Notes: generated by a model not told the origin, from the letters alone. A stretch of DNA of 32,000 nucleotides from Candidatus Brocadia sp. (GCA_021646415.1 SOEU01000031.1:1-32000), one strand, 5' to 3'. Shown: positions 16,294-26,476, counted from the stretch's first letter. Made by a program: numbers and translations.

Positions 16294-17283
16294 TTATGGA
16301 TACAAGACTATATCATCGCGAGATTTAATCGATGAGAGATTTATCCCGATTATCTCAGCCGTTTGGGTGTTGAAGGTTAATGTTAATTTATCTGGTTGTT
16401 GAATCCCCAATGAAGTCGTCGTCGGGTCGCTTAATAACGCCTGTGCCAGTTGAGCCGCCTGCAAACCCGTGTATCGATAATCCGGAGAAATAGAAATTAA
16501 TGCGCCAGCCTTAACAATTGCGCTTGAAGTACAAAATGTCGGCAGGCGATTTTTCAAGGTTTTTTTGAAGATCGCATCGAGTGAATCTTTTGTAACAACC
16601 GTACCGTCTGGTACTATCCACAATGCATCAATTCTGTTGATGTTATTTTTTAATGCAGATACGACCTCTTTTTCGGACAAGACCTCTGTTTTGATAAGAT
16701 TGAATTCAAATTTCCCTGCCACTGCAGTCGCTTCTGAAATAATTTTTCCGGTTTTTGTTGGGTCATAAATGACCCCCACGTTCTTCTGTGCGCCAAGAAT
16801 CTCTTTCAGAATAGCAAACTGGTCTTCTAAGGATGCCTCTGAAGAAATACCGGTAACGTTTGCTCCCTGTAAATTGAAGCGCTCATGATTAATAACCATG
16901 CAAAATATAACGGGAATATCAGTAAATTGCTCTTTTGCGAGGGTTGCTGCAAGTACACCCACAGCCAGAATAAGCTTAGGTTTGAGTTCGTTGTTTTTGA
17001 TATTTTGAATAATCCTTTTACATTCTTCTGGATCCCCTTTTAAATCATAGATTGCCTTTATGGAGATATTTTTCCCTTTGCATCCTTCTTCAAAACCCTT
17101 AATTGCCTCATTATACGCCGCAATTTGCTGGCTTCGAATTATAATGACGGTATTTTCACTGGCATGAGTCCTGCCTGGCAGCGTAATTCTTTCTTTGGCA
17201 ATTCCCGCAGAAATCTGGAATGATACGGAGAAAGTAAATATGAGTGCAAACCGAAACACTATGGTCTTCCCATGATTTACCAT
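16294..17283 (-). CDS. Periplasmic substrate-binding protein, ABC_sub_bind (PF04392-like) family, no cognate permease or ATPase nearby
   Basis: Internal Met (MVNHGKTIVFRFALIFTFSVSFQISAG) gives a signal peptide. The body (LILAVGVLAATLA ... IPVIFCMV ... NVTGISS ... VGVIYDP ... DALWIVPDGTV ... GALISISPDYRYTGLQAA) fits the PF04392 pattern as I recall it. Confidence 0.7.
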   Translation of the reverse strand: MVNHGKTIVFRFALIFTFSVSFQISAGIAKERITLPGRTHASENTVIIIRSQQIAAYNEAIKGFEEGCKGKNISIKAIYDLKGDPEECKRIIQNIKNNELKPKLILAVGVLAATLAKEQFTDIPVIFCMVINHERFNLQGANVTGISSEASLEDQFAILKEILGAQKNVGVIYDPTKTGKIISEATAVAGKFEFNLIKTEVLSEKEVVSALKNNINRIDALWIVPDGTVVTKDSLDAIFKKTLKNRLPTFCTSSAIVKAGALISISPDYRYTGLQAAQLAQALLSDPTTTSLGIQQPDKLTLTFNTQTAEIIGINLSSIKSRDDIVLYP

Positions 17284-17682
17284 CGGGCAAATTGAACTCC
17301 TCACTTTACACAGAATAATAAAAAAGACAATAGATAGATTTTGTTTTTTGTCAAGTAATCCATCTGTTCCTAAGAACTTACCATTTCTCAATGCACAGTG
17401 TTAACTATTTCACAACCGTCTCTTGTGTATGCTAAAATTGATAGCTTAATCCAACAAAATACGTCCTTCCAGGCATGAGTAATTCATCCGTTAAAGAAAT
17501 TGGCATAGGTCACTATAGTCCTTATCAAACATAGGAAAAGGAAACATAATAAAATACTGGGATACAGGCAGGACAGAAACCATAAAACTTTCTGTTTTTG
17601 GAGCAGTTTGACACGGAAAGGCTCCTTCGCAAAGAATTTATCGATACGAGATTAGTACCGGTAATACTTCAAGACATGAACC

Positions 17683-18459
17683 TCATCGATCAGCGGTAAT
17701 TTTCTCTCTTTCCAATACTTCTTTCGCTAAATTTGTGTAATCTATGGCACCCGGACTATCCGGTGCGTACAGGGTAATCGGTTTTCCGGAGATAGGGCAC
17801 TCGGCAAGGCGGGTATTTTCTCTGATAATGGAATTAAACACCTTCTCTTTAAATCGTTCTTTAATCTGATTGAACACCTCATTACTGAGGTTTGTCCGAC
17901 CGTCAAAACGGCAGGCAATGATACCCGTCACCTCCAGGTTGTGATTCAACCTTTCCTTTACCACCTGTACGGTATTCATCAAAGTTACCAAACCATTTAA
18001 AGCCAATACCTTCGTTTCTAATGGAATAAAGACCTCTTTGACAAAGGTTAATGCATTAATGGTAATCAATCCCAGCGAGGGAGGGCAATCTAGCATAATA
18101 TAATCATATTTGTCTGCAACTGACAATAGGCGTTTGCGCAGAATGAGGTCTCTGCCTTTTTCATGGGCGAGAATCCGTTCAACCCCTGCCAATGCCACAT
18201 TGGCAGGCGCCAGGGTCATATTTTCAACACATGTCTTCGTAAGAATTTCTTCAAAATAGACCTCTTCCAAAAACACATTGTACATGGACCGTTCGAGGCT
18301 ATGGATATCAAGTCCTAACCATGAACTGAGATTTCCCTGGGGATCCAGATCAACTAAAAGTACCTTTTTGCCCATTTGAGCAAGGCAGGCACCGAGATTA
18401 ACGGTGGTCGTTGTTTTTGCCACGCCCCCTTTTTGATTTGTTAAAGCAATACTCCGCAT
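17683..18459 (-). CDS. ParA/Soj-family P-loop ATPase (no ParB partner in window)
   Basis: IALTNQKGGVAKTTTTVNLGACLA (deviant Walker A KGGxxKT), VLLVDLDPQGN, DYIMLDCPPSLG. Confidence 0.88.
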   Translation of the reverse strand: MRSIALTNQKGGVAKTTTTVNLGACLAQMGKKVLLVDLDPQGNLSSWLGLDIHSLERSMYNVFLEEVYFEEILTKTCVENMTLAPANVALAGVERILAHEKGRDLILRKRLLSVADKYDYIMLDCPPSLGLITINALTFVKEVFIPLETKVLALNGLVTLMNTVQVVKERLNHNLEVTGIIACRFDGRTNLSNEVFNQIKERFKEKVFNSIIRENTRLAECPISGKPITLYAPDSPGAIDYTNLAKEVLEREKITADR

Positions 18460-18460
18460 G

Positions 18461-19153
18461 TTATTTCATGTGTTTTTCAAAAGATTCAATATCCTCGCTG
18501 CTACCGACAACGACAAGAACGTCCCCTTCCTGAATCTTATAATCGGATGTAGGCAAAACCTTAACTTCTTTCTCTATTGTTTCTTCTATGTTTTCTCCCA
18601 CTTCAAAAACCTTTCTTTTTACAATCAGGACATTAATTCCATATTTTGTCCTCAAGTCCAACTCATTGATTGTGCGCCCAATACTTTCGCTTTTTGCCTC
18701 AATCTCTGCAAGGGTATAATCGGCGCCCAATTCAATATATTCCAGCACACCAGGCGAAAGGATGCTATTGGCTACACGAATGCCCATATCTTCTTCCGGA
18801 AATACGACACGGGTTGCACCCACCATCTTTAATATTTGGGCGTGAAGTGGTGTACATGCCCTCGCAATAATTTCTTTAACATCCAGGTTCTTCAGAAGCG
18901 CCGTTGTAAGAACGCTCGACTCAATATCCTCACCCATGCTTACCACTGCCACATCCACGTCTTTGATACCGCTGGCCCCCAGCGCCTTCTCATCAGTACT
19001 GTCCATCTGAATGGCCTTTGTGACAAAGTCGCTTACTTTTTCTACCAATTCCTGATTGCTGTCAATTGCAATGACAGGAGCACCTTTTTTCGCTAATGTC
19101 TCCGCTACCTTGCGGCCAAATCTTCCTAACCCAATTACGGCAAACTGTCTCAT
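18461..19153 (-). CDS. ktrA: K+ uptake system regulatory subunit (TrkA-N/RCK_N plus TrkA-C/RCK_C), KtrA type
   Basis: MRQFAVIGLGRFGRKVAETL (Rossmann GxGxxG); 230 aa two-domain layout; adjacent to ktrB. Confidence 0.85.
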   Translation of the reverse strand: MRQFAVIGLGRFGRKVAETLAKKGAPVIAIDSNQELVEKVSDFVTKAIQMDSTDEKALGASGIKDVDVAVVSMGEDIESSVLTTALLKNLDVKEIIARACTPLHAQILKMVGATRVVFPEEDMGIRVANSILSPGVLEYIELGADYTLAEIEAKSESIGRTINELDLRTKYGINVLIVKRKVFEVGENIEETIEKEVKVLPTSDYKIQEGDVLVVVGSSEDIESFEKHMK

Positions 19154-19362
19154 ACCTCATGTCTCCTCTTGTATACCTTTGCAAAAACTCCTTTTTTGTG
19201 CAAGTTTTTGTTCATAAAAAACCGCTAAATCCGAAGCATGAAATCGTTTGACTGAGCGCTCACGACGAAGTCCGAAATTCAAAACAATTTCAAAATTACA
19301 ACTTTACTAAAAAATAACACAATCGCTTAAACTAAGCAAAATAAAAAGGCGGTTATCCCTTA

Positions 19363-20736
19363 TTATCCTACCAACATTACACCTTCCGGATATTTAATCG
19401 AAACCAGCCTGCACTTGCCTCTGATGGAATATCCTATTGCGAGCGGACCCACCCTGCCGATTAGCATGGTAGCAGAAAGAACAATCTTACCCACCATACT
19501 TAATGAAGGCGTGATGCCCGTTGAGAGCCCTACCGTTCCAAATGCGGATACGGTTTCAAATACTATTTCCATAAAAGACGCATTTTCTGTTACAGACAGT
19601 ATTAAAACATCCAGCATGCTCAGTAAAACGGCAATGGTACAAATGACAAACGCCTTATCCTTTGTTCTGCTGGATATATGCCTGCCAAACATTATCAATT
19701 CGTCATGCATAGATACGACAGAAATAATCGATGAAATCAATAATCCAAAGGTAGTCGTCTTAACTCCACCACCAGTGCCACCGGGAGAAGCACCAATATA
19801 CATTAATAGAATCATCGTAGTTAACCCCATTGTTTTCATCGTTCCCATATCGAAGGTATTAAAACCAGTTGTGGTTGAAGATGATATAGCCTGGAATACG
19901 GAGGCTAAAAGTCTGTCTTTAAATGATGGCAATGGCGTAGACCATTCTGAAACGAATATTAATAATACTCCGGTAATCAGGAGAGCCGGAAGCATGATCA
20001 ACACCAGTTTGGTATGGGCTAAAAGTTTCTTCGGTGGCTCATCTTCCTTTGGTTTCCCAAAGATCGCATAATAGATATCATATATTACAATGAACCCAAC
20101 ACTTCCTCCGATACAAAGGACATCTATTGTCGTGTTTACGATAATGCTGTCACGATATGCACAGAGGTTGCCGGGAAACAAACTAAAACCCGCTGTACAA
20201 AAGGCCGAGACGGAATGGAACACCCCCAAATAGATGGCGTGTGTTACGGAAAATTCCTTCATCCAATAGAGACTCAAAACCGCGGCGCCCAAAAACTCTA
20301 ATGCAAAAGTAACAAAGATGATCATTTTACTGAATCGTACAACTTCTTCATAAGGTGGACTAGTCAACGATTCTTGCAAGATCAATTTCCCACTCAAGGA
20401 TAGCCGTATGCCAAGTCCCGACATGACCAAAACAATAAAGATCATGTATCCTAATCCCCCGATCTGGATTAGCGTGAGAATAACGATCTGGCCAAAAAGG
20501 GAATAAAAACTACCCACATCTACCACAGTCAACCCCGTAGTAGAGATAGCAGAAGTGGCTGTAAACAGGGCATCAATGAACGGCTGTGAACTGCCGGAAA
20601 CAGAAGCAACTGGAAGCGTCAGGAGGAAAGAACTTATTACAATGATAGAAATAAACCCAATGAGAATGAGCCGATGAGGGGAAAGGGTGGAATAGAACAT
20701 GATTTTTACGAAAAACCCGCTTATAGTATTTACCAT
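19363..20736 (-). CDS. ktrB: K+ transporter membrane subunit, KtrB/TrkH family
   Basis: FIDALFTATSAISTTGLTVVD, LIQIGGLGYM, SSTTTGFNT and AFGTVGLSTG are the repeated selectivity-filter-like glycine motifs of Trk/Ktr/HKT transporters. The start (20736 or 20700) is uncertain. Confidence 0.88.
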   Translation of the reverse strand: MVNTISGFFVKIMFYSTLSPHRLILIGFISIIVISSFLLTLPVASVSGSSQPFIDALFTATSAISTTGLTVVDVGSFYSLFGQIVILTLIQIGGLGYMIFIVLVMSGLGIRLSLSGKLILQESLTSPPYEEVVRFSKMIIFVTFALEFLGAAVLSLYWMKEFSVTHAIYLGVFHSVSAFCTAGFSLFPGNLCAYRDSIIVNTTIDVLCIGGSVGFIVIYDIYYAIFGKPKEDEPPKKLLAHTKLVLIMLPALLITGVLLIFVSEWSTPLPSFKDRLLASVFQAISSSTTTGFNTFDMGTMKTMGLTTMILLMYIGASPGGTGGGVKTTTFGLLISSIISVVSMHDELIMFGRHISSRTKDKAFVICTIAVLLSMLDVLILSVTENASFMEIVFETVSAFGTVGLSTGITPSLSMVGKIVLSATMLIGRVGPLAIGYSIRGKCRLVSIKYPEGVMLVG

Positions 20737-20786
20737 CAGGTGTCAAATAACTCTTATTGGTGCAAATGCCCAGTTATAGAAAGTCA

Positions 20787-20815
20787 TTGACACTACTTTA
20801 CACGTCTGATATATT
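20787..20815 (+). promoter_or_regulatory. Sigma70-type promoter candidate for the 20932 gene
   Basis: TTGACA (20787..20792), a 17-nt spacer, then TATATT (20810..20815), about 115 nt upstream of the ATG. Confidence 0.5.
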
Positions 20816-20931
20816 ACTTTTTAGTAATAATTTCATATTATCACGATGCGCTGAATAAATTACAAGATGTTTCTGTAATGTTATTTTGCAAAATATGTGA
20901 TGGTTTTACGGAAACGTAAGGAACTACACCT

Positions 20932-22716
20932 ATGGAAAGGATACGGCAAGAAAACACCGTCAAAGATATTATTGAAAAATTCCCTGTAACCCGCCGCATA
21001 TTTGAAACTTACGGCATTATGTGCGGTGGGAATATCCTCCCCGACAAACCCCTTTCCTTCTTTGCCAAGATGCATAATATCAGCCCTGCCAAACTGATTG
21101 ACGACATTCAAAAACTTATCGATGGAGAAATTGATTCAAACAGCGACGTCGCAATTACAAAACCACAAACCGATCATGTCTATGAGATTTTCGTAAAGAC
21201 GGCCATTATTATTGTACTTTCAACCGGGTGTCTTTATGGTGCATCACTATTGGCCTTCATGGCATTTAAAAATTCCCTAACTTCCGTATCCTGGATCCTT
21301 ACAGAAACACATGGCGATACACAGGTGTATGGCTGGGTCGGTTTATTTATCATGGGTATTTCATATTTTGCCTTACCCAAATTTTGGAACTCCATGCTCT
21401 ACAGCACACCGTTAGCTTACAAATCTTTTTTTTTGATGGTAGCCGGCATTTTTCTCTCCTTTGTCTTTAAAACGACTTCGTATTACTCAGGTTTGTTTTT
21501 CCTAAAGATCCCCGTTTTGTTTGGATGTGCACTTCAAGCCGCATCGATAGCTATTTTCATCTATGTTATTTGCAGGACGTATTTTTCCTCGGAAAAACAA
21601 AAGTTTGAAATTTATGAAGGGTTTCTCCTGTCCAGTTATCTCTGGTTCATTATTCAGGCCATTGCTTTTGTCGCTCTCTTTTTCCATTTTAATGTAGTGG
21701 GAAATACAGACATCCCGGATGTCTTTAAGAATCCTATCCGTCATATACAGATCATGGGATTTGCCTGCATGGTTATTATTGGAATATTTACAAAGACTTT
21801 GCCAATTTTCCTGGGCATCCAGGAACCCAACCAGAAAGTCAGCAGCTATGTGTTATATATCCTGAATGTTTCAATTGCATTACGGACGATCTCGGAGTTT
21901 TACAAGGAATATACCAGTAACCTCCATGGCTTTTTTACTGCAGTTTTTTGTATTGCAGGTTTCCTGGAAACATTTGGAGTATTTTTATTTATTTATAATC
22001 TGAATTTATTCAACAGAAAGAAAACGGTTAAAAATCCTACTAATTTACCAACTGGATTTAGAAAATATATCAGAGCCGCACTCGTTTGGTTATTTGTTTC
22101 CGAAGGTGCACTCCTAACCTTTACGGTCTATGAAACGCTTTCGGGAGAACGAGTTTCTCATGCCCTGTTTGGCGCATACAGACACGCCATTTTTGTCGGA
22201 TTTATTAGCATGATGATCCTGGGGTGCGCATCAAAGATGATTCCTTTGAGCAAAGGGGTAAAATTATGCAGTCCGAAATTACTCAACGCTACTTTCGTGT
22301 TTATAAATATTGGATGTATGTTCAGGGTAGCTGCTCAACCAATTGCCACTCATCTCTATCCACAAGTTTATCCTATTATGGGAATGAGTGGCTTTCTCGA
22401 ATATGCAGCCATGTTTTTCTTTGGTATAAACGCATGGAAAACCATGCAGCTCGACAGAGAAGAAGAGCCTACAGAACAAATCAAAATCGCAACAGCCAAT
22501 ACCAATGTTTATCAGCTCATCAAGCAATATCCCCAAACCCTGGACATATTAGTAGGTTTTGGGTTCAAACAACTGAAAAATCCCATCCTCAGGAATACCC
22601 TTGCCAGAACGATCAGTTTGGGACAAGCGGTGCAAATTAATCCTGTCAACCTTGAAGACTTATTGAAAGAATTAAATGCTGCAATAAAGACGTGTGTTGA
22701 GGTAAAAGTGGCTTGA
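20932..22716 (+). CDS. Polytopic membrane protein (NnrS-like core) flanked by N- and C-terminal DUF1858/ScdA_N-like domains
   Basis: N-terminus NTVKDIIEKFPVTRRIFETYGIMCGG ... ISPAKLIDDIQKLI and C-terminus NVYQLIKQYPQTLDILVGFGF ... NPILRNTLARTISLGQAVQINPVNLEDLLKELN both fit the DUF1858 pattern. About 12 hydrophobic helices lie between them, with THGDTQVYGWVGLFIMG and AYRHAIFVGFISMMILG resembling NnrS His-containing helices. The NnrS assignment is from memory only. Confidence 0.6.
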   Translation: MERIRQENTVKDIIEKFPVTRRIFETYGIMCGGNILPDKPLSFFAKMHNISPAKLIDDIQKLIDGEIDSNSDVAITKPQTDHVYEIFVKTAIIIVLSTGCLYGASLLAFMAFKNSLTSVSWILTETHGDTQVYGWVGLFIMGISYFALPKFWNSMLYSTPLAYKSFFLMVAGIFLSFVFKTTSYYSGLFFLKIPVLFGCALQAASIAIFIYVICRTYFSSEKQKFEIYEGFLLSSYLWFIIQAIAFVALFFHFNVVGNTDIPDVFKNPIRHIQIMGFACMVIIGIFTKTLPIFLGIQEPNQKVSSYVLYILNVSIALRTISEFYKEYTSNLHGFFTAVFCIAGFLETFGVFLFIYNLNLFNRKKTVKNPTNLPTGFRKYIRAALVWLFVSEGALLTFTVYETLSGERVSHALFGAYRHAIFVGFISMMILGCASKMIPLSKGVKLCSPKLLNATFVFINIGCMFRVAAQPIATHLYPQVYPIMGMSGFLEYAAMFFFGINAWKTMQLDREEEPTEQIKIATANTNVYQLIKQYPQTLDILVGFGFKQLKNPILRNTLARTISLGQAVQINPVNLEDLLKELNAAIKTCVEVKVA

Positions 22717-22862
22717 AATTTTACCATATATTCATTTGGGATGAAGCAGAAGCGCATCCTGCAAAACTACGACACCGATGGGTTCACTTTGTTTAACCCA
22801 TTTGCCCAACTTGATGATTCCTATTACAAAATGGTGAATCGTGACGAACGGTATTTAATCCA

Positions 22863-23609
22863 TCAATGATGGTAAGTCTGTTTTTCTAAGGAATGCCTGA
22901 AAATCAACTCCTTCATCTCTGAAACTGCCTTCCGGATCCCTGTAAAGACTGCCCGTGACACAATGCTGTGCCCAATATGCAATTCTTCAGCATCCAGGGA
23001 TTCTACGAGCAATCCAACGTTCTGATACGTCAGACCATGTCCCGCATTTACCCGTAATCCTAACTTTTGAGCGGCCTTCATGCCCATCTGAAGTTTTTCA
23101 ACCATGTTACTTCTGGAAATATCATCAGTTGCATTTGCATAATTTCCCGTATGGAGTTCAATATACTGTACACCTACTTCCCTTGCCGCAGATATCTGAT
23201 TTTCCTCCGGGTCAATAAAAAGACTAACGAGAATACCGGCATCCCTGAATCTTTTGACGACATCCACAAGTACCTTCTTTTGAGAAACAACATCTAACCC
23301 CCCCTCGGTTGTAACTTCCTGCCTTTTTTCGGGCACAAGGGTTACCTGCTCCGGTTTTGTTTCAATTGCAATATCTACAATCTCCCGTGCAACGGACATC
23401 TCGAGATTCAACTTGGTAAATACCGTTTCCCGCAGCAATCTCACATCACGGTCCTGTATATGCCTTCTATCTTCTCTCAGATGAACCGTGATGATATCTG
23501 CACCCCCAAGGATTGCCAGAGATGCCGCCGTCACCGGGTCTGGTTCGAATGTCTTTCGCGCCTGCCGTATTGTAGCAACATGGTCTATATTTACTCCCAA
23601 CTTTATCAT
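22863..23609 (-). CDS. pdxJ: Pyridoxine 5'-phosphate synthase
   Basis: [46 protein letters not shown]. Confidence 0.95.
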   Translation of the reverse strand: MIKLGVNIDHVATIRQARKTFEPDPVTAASLAILGGADIITVHLREDRRHIQDRDVRLLRETVFTKLNLEMSVAREIVDIAIETKPEQVTLVPEKRQEVTTEGGLDVVSQKKVLVDVVKRFRDAGILVSLFIDPEENQISAAREVGVQYIELHTGNYANATDDISRSNMVEKLQMGMKAAQKLGLRVNAGHGLTYQNVGLLVESLDAEELHIGHSIVSRAVFTGIRKAVSEMKELIFRHSLEKQTYHH

Positions 23610-24610
23610 TTTACCTCCGCAGAACGTATGGTTTCCCGAATGTCTAAGTGTACCTCCGGTAATTTATCGACGAGTTCAACGTTTTTGGGTAGAATACATT
23701 TTACGGGTTGTTTATATGGCCCCGGTGGTTTTAATGAAGTAACGTCAATATATAATACGATATCTTCAGCATTCAATTTATCCAACAAAAGCTTAGGGCC
23801 TTTTACCCTCACATTGGAAAATTCATCCTGCAGTTTAATTGTGTAAGGGTACTCCGCAGGTCCTATTATCTTGATCTTCATTTTCTCAAATAATCTTGTA
23901 TCCTGCTGCTCCACAATCTGTAACCATACCCGCACATCCTCATTGCATACGACCGGCACTGAAATGGTTTTATCGCCACGTTTAACTGTTACCTTCTGGT
24001 CTATTTCGATCCGCCAGGGGAACGTACGGTTTTGCTCTCCGGTAATTCCACCAATATCAATAGGAACTGTATGAATAAAAGTGGCTTCTTTTAAAGCATT
24101 TAAGGGGCCTGTTACCTCCACTTCCCCCGGAAAGACAAATTCATTTGCGACAGCATATCCGATAGCCGGTTCACCTTTCTTTAGCAAATTGACTTTTAAC
24201 CTCTTTTTTTGTAATTTACCGAGCACTATATCGATCTTTTCAGGATATACTGAAACCAATTTAACGGCACTTGGCAGATCCAGGTGCTCCCCCGTTATGA
24301 AGATCGTTTGTTTGACCTGATCTTCAATCATATTCGGAGATTCTCGCACAATATACCTCGCCATAATTTTTCGATCCTTTATCATATCCGCAACCGTGTC
24401 AATCACATTTTGCGGACCTCGCAGATGTATGGTAATTTCCTCAAAACTTTGTTCCAGAACGGTGATGCCTTCAGGAACAGAAACGGTCAAGCTAACCACC
24501 TCCGTTAAATCACCTGTATGCCGGTTGATCGCGTATAACCAAAGGGCAACAGCCATAACCATTGCCATAAGCTTTGTGAGGATATTGCCGGTAAATATCT
24601 CTTTGATCAA
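23606..24610 (-). CDS. cdaR: YbbR-repeat protein, CdaA regulator type
   Basis: N-terminal TM helix followed by repeated beta-rich YbbR-like segments. It overlaps the cdaA stop by 4 nt, which is the canonical cdaA-cdaR arrangement. Confidence 0.75.
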   Translation of the reverse strand: MIKEIFTGNILTKLMAMVMAVALWLYAINRHTGDLTEVVSLTVSVPEGITVLEQSFEEITIHLRGPQNVIDTVADMIKDRKIMARYIVRESPNMIEDQVKQTIFITGEHLDLPSAVKLVSVYPEKIDIVLGKLQKKRLKVNLLKKGEPAIGYAVANEFVFPGEVEVTGPLNALKEATFIHTVPIDIGGITGEQNRTFPWRIEIDQKVTVKRGDKTISVPVVCNEDVRVWLQIVEQQDTRLFEKMKIKIIGPAEYPYTIKLQDEFSNVRVKGPKLLLDKLNAEDIVLYIDVTSLKPPGPYKQPVKCILPKNVELVDKLPEVHLDIRETIRSAEVK

Positions 24611-25425
24611 ACCTGGGCACTCCTTGCAACTCCAAATCTTTCTGTGGATAGTTCATCAAGGATCTTTTTCAGTTCTTTTTCATCAACGCCCCGATTCAAT
24701 ACCCCTTTAAATCCGGTAGAAATCGTACCAGTTTCTTCTGATACAATGATAACCATAGCATCGGTTTCTTCCGTAAGTCCGATACCCGCCCTATGGCGTG
24801 TGCCAAGTTTCTTTGATAGTTCTGTATTTTCGGTAAGCGGAAGCAAACAGCCCGCAGCGCTTATCTTCTGCTCTTGAATAACAACTGCCCCATCATGCAG
24901 GGGAGATCCAGGCCAAAATATGGCATTGAGCAATTCACTCGATACATTCGCATTTAATTTCGTTCCCGTTTCCACAAAGTTATCCAGGCCAACTTCTCTT
25001 TCAATAGCGATGAGTGCACCAATTTTATTTCTGGATAAAATTTCAACAGCTTTTATAATTTCATTGGCCACCTGATATTCAGACTTTGCAAACATGCGAA
25101 AAACAGGATTTTGACCAAGCTTTAACAGTGCACGCCGGAATTCAGGTTGAAAAAGAATGATAATGGGAATGATAAATACGGGGACAAACTCTGTCATTAA
25201 CCAATCGATTGTGGAGAGCTGCAATTTTCGCACAAAAAACAGTACGCCAATGGAGATCAAAACGATAATGAATGCCAAACCTCTCAGAATGCTCGTCCCG
25301 CTGGTACCCTGCATGATTCGTAAAACAACATATACCACCGTAAAGATAAGAAATATCTCACCCAGAGACCTCCCTATCATCCAGACATTTACATTGTTAT
25401 ATAATTCAGCTATACTTTCTAACAT
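24607..25425 (-). CDS. cdaA: Diadenylate cyclase (c-di-AMP synthase), membrane-anchored CdaA/DacA type
   Basis: Three N-terminal TM helices, then a DisA_N domain: GALIAIERE, PLHDGAVVI, GTRHRAGIGLTEETDAMVIIVSEETG. Confidence 0.92.
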   Translation of the reverse strand: MLESIAELYNNVNVWMIGRSLGEIFLIFTVVYVVLRIMQGTSGTSILRGLAFIIVLISIGVLFFVRKLQLSTIDWLMTEFVPVFIIPIIILFQPEFRRALLKLGQNPVFRMFAKSEYQVANEIIKAVEILSRNKIGALIAIEREVGLDNFVETGTKLNANVSSELLNAIFWPGSPLHDGAVVIQEQKISAAGCLLPLTENTELSKKLGTRHRAGIGLTEETDAMVIIVSEETGTISTGFKGVLNRGVDEKELKKILDELSTERFGVARSAQV

Positions 25426-26327
25426 TAACTATTCCTGATTGCGTCACACATTGTTACGATTTGGACAGCTTCACGTACATCATGAACTCGCACAATGTGC
25501 GCACCATTCATGACTGCAATGGCAAGAGTTGCAAGCGTTCCATATAAACTTTCCTGAACAGAAAGTTTCAAAATAGTACCAATAAACCTTTTTCGTGATG
25601 TGCCAATTAATATGGGGAAGCCCATACTTCCCAACTCTCCCAGCCTCCTCAGGATTTCCATGTTATGCTGTACGGTCTTACCGAAACCAATACCAGGATC
25701 TACAATAATCCTGTTTTCCTGTATACCGGAATCCATCGCAACAGAGATAGATTTTCTGAGAGAAGACATTATTTCTGGTAATACATTTTTCCGCAGGGGA
25801 TATTTTTGCATCGTTCTGGGTGTTCCTTTTTTATGCATAATGACAACAGGAACTTTTGTCTCTGCAGCAATTTTTGCCATCTTTTTATCCATAAGCAATC
25901 CACCGATGTCATTGATAATCGATACCCCTGCATCAATCGCTTTTTCAGCAATCTTTGCCTTATAAGTATCAATGGAAACAGGTTTCCGTATCTGCTTTGA
26001 TAACATTTTAATCACGGGAATAACTCTTTTTATTTCTTCTGCTTCCGATACAGGATGTGCACCAGGCCTTGTAGATTCACCGCCAACATCAATAATATCT
26101 GCCCCTTCCTCTACCATTTTGAGTGCATGATCAACTGCATTTTCCAGTGTGTTATATCTTTCTCCGTCATAAAATGAATCCGGAGTTACATTCAGGATTC
26201 CCATGACATATGTTTTCTTACCGAGATGTAATATGCCATGTGGAAACGGCACATCGAAAAACCTCCTTTTAAAATTATCAGTAATATCTTCGTTTTTTTG
26301 TTCGTATTCGTATAGATTCGTGTTCAT
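25425..26327 (-). CDS. folP: Dihydropteroate synthase
   Basis: VMGILNVTPDSFYDG, IIDVGGESTRPGA, SIDTYKA, INDIGG, DPGIGFGKT, GTSRKRFIG. Confidence 0.95.
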   Translation of the reverse strand: MNTNLYEYEQKNEDITDNFKRRFFDVPFPHGILHLGKKTYVMGILNVTPDSFYDGERYNTLENAVDHALKMVEEGADIIDVGGESTRPGAHPVSEAEEIKRVIPVIKMLSKQIRKPVSIDTYKAKIAEKAIDAGVSIINDIGGLLMDKKMAKIAAETKVPVVIMHKKGTPRTMQKYPLRKNVLPEIMSSLRKSISVAMDSGIQENRIIVDPGIGFGKTVQHNMEILRRLGELGSMGFPILIGTSRKRFIGTILKLSVQESLYGTLATLAIAVMNGAHIVRVHDVREAVQIVTMCDAIRNS

Positions 26328-26476
26328 TTCAGTTGAAGATAAACAATTGGCAATTAACAGCAGGCAGGTAATGACAGATTTCCATTGTCAACTGCCTTCG
26401 GCTTTCTGCTTGCTAAATCATTTTCGCTGATTGTTACATCAACCCCTCAGGTTCCCAATGCAATCCCCTCGCCGCA

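Noticed and set aside
17284-17391. N-terminal 36-codon extension of the binding-protein ORF
   Set aside because: The extension precedes a Met that starts a normal signal peptide. It is probably non-coding, although the SD for the internal Met is distant (13 nt), so the start stays uncertain.
19154-19362. Possible c-di-AMP (ydaO-type) riboswitch or other leader between ktrB and ktrA, and upstream of ktrB (20737..20931), given cdaA in the same window
   Set aside because: I could not recognise the conserved pseudo-two-fold ydaO core by eye. Only a 10-bp palindrome (TGAGCGCTCA) is present. A covariance-model scan (Rfam RF00379) would be needed.
20881-21111. 76-aa minus-strand ORF overlapping the start of the NnrS-like gene
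   Set aside because: Antisense to a recognisable DUF1858-like N-terminal domain, with no features of its own.
22224-22640. 138-aa plus-strand ORF overlapping the 3' part of the 20932..22716 gene in another frame
   Set aside because: Arg/Gln/Ser-rich out-of-frame translation. The main frame carries a recognisable DUF1858-like domain here.
22778-22801. Hairpin ATGGGTT-N10-AACCCAT between the convergent NnrS-like and pdxJ genes as a bidirectional terminator
   Set aside because: The 7-bp stem is weak and no T-tract lies on either side. It is plausible but not supportable.
26328-26476. Promoter for the folP-cdaA-cdaR-pdxJ unit (TTGACA on the minus strand plus a GGCAG...CTGCC dyad)
   Set aside because: No acceptable -10 hexamer at 16-18 nt spacing, and the dyad is imperfect.
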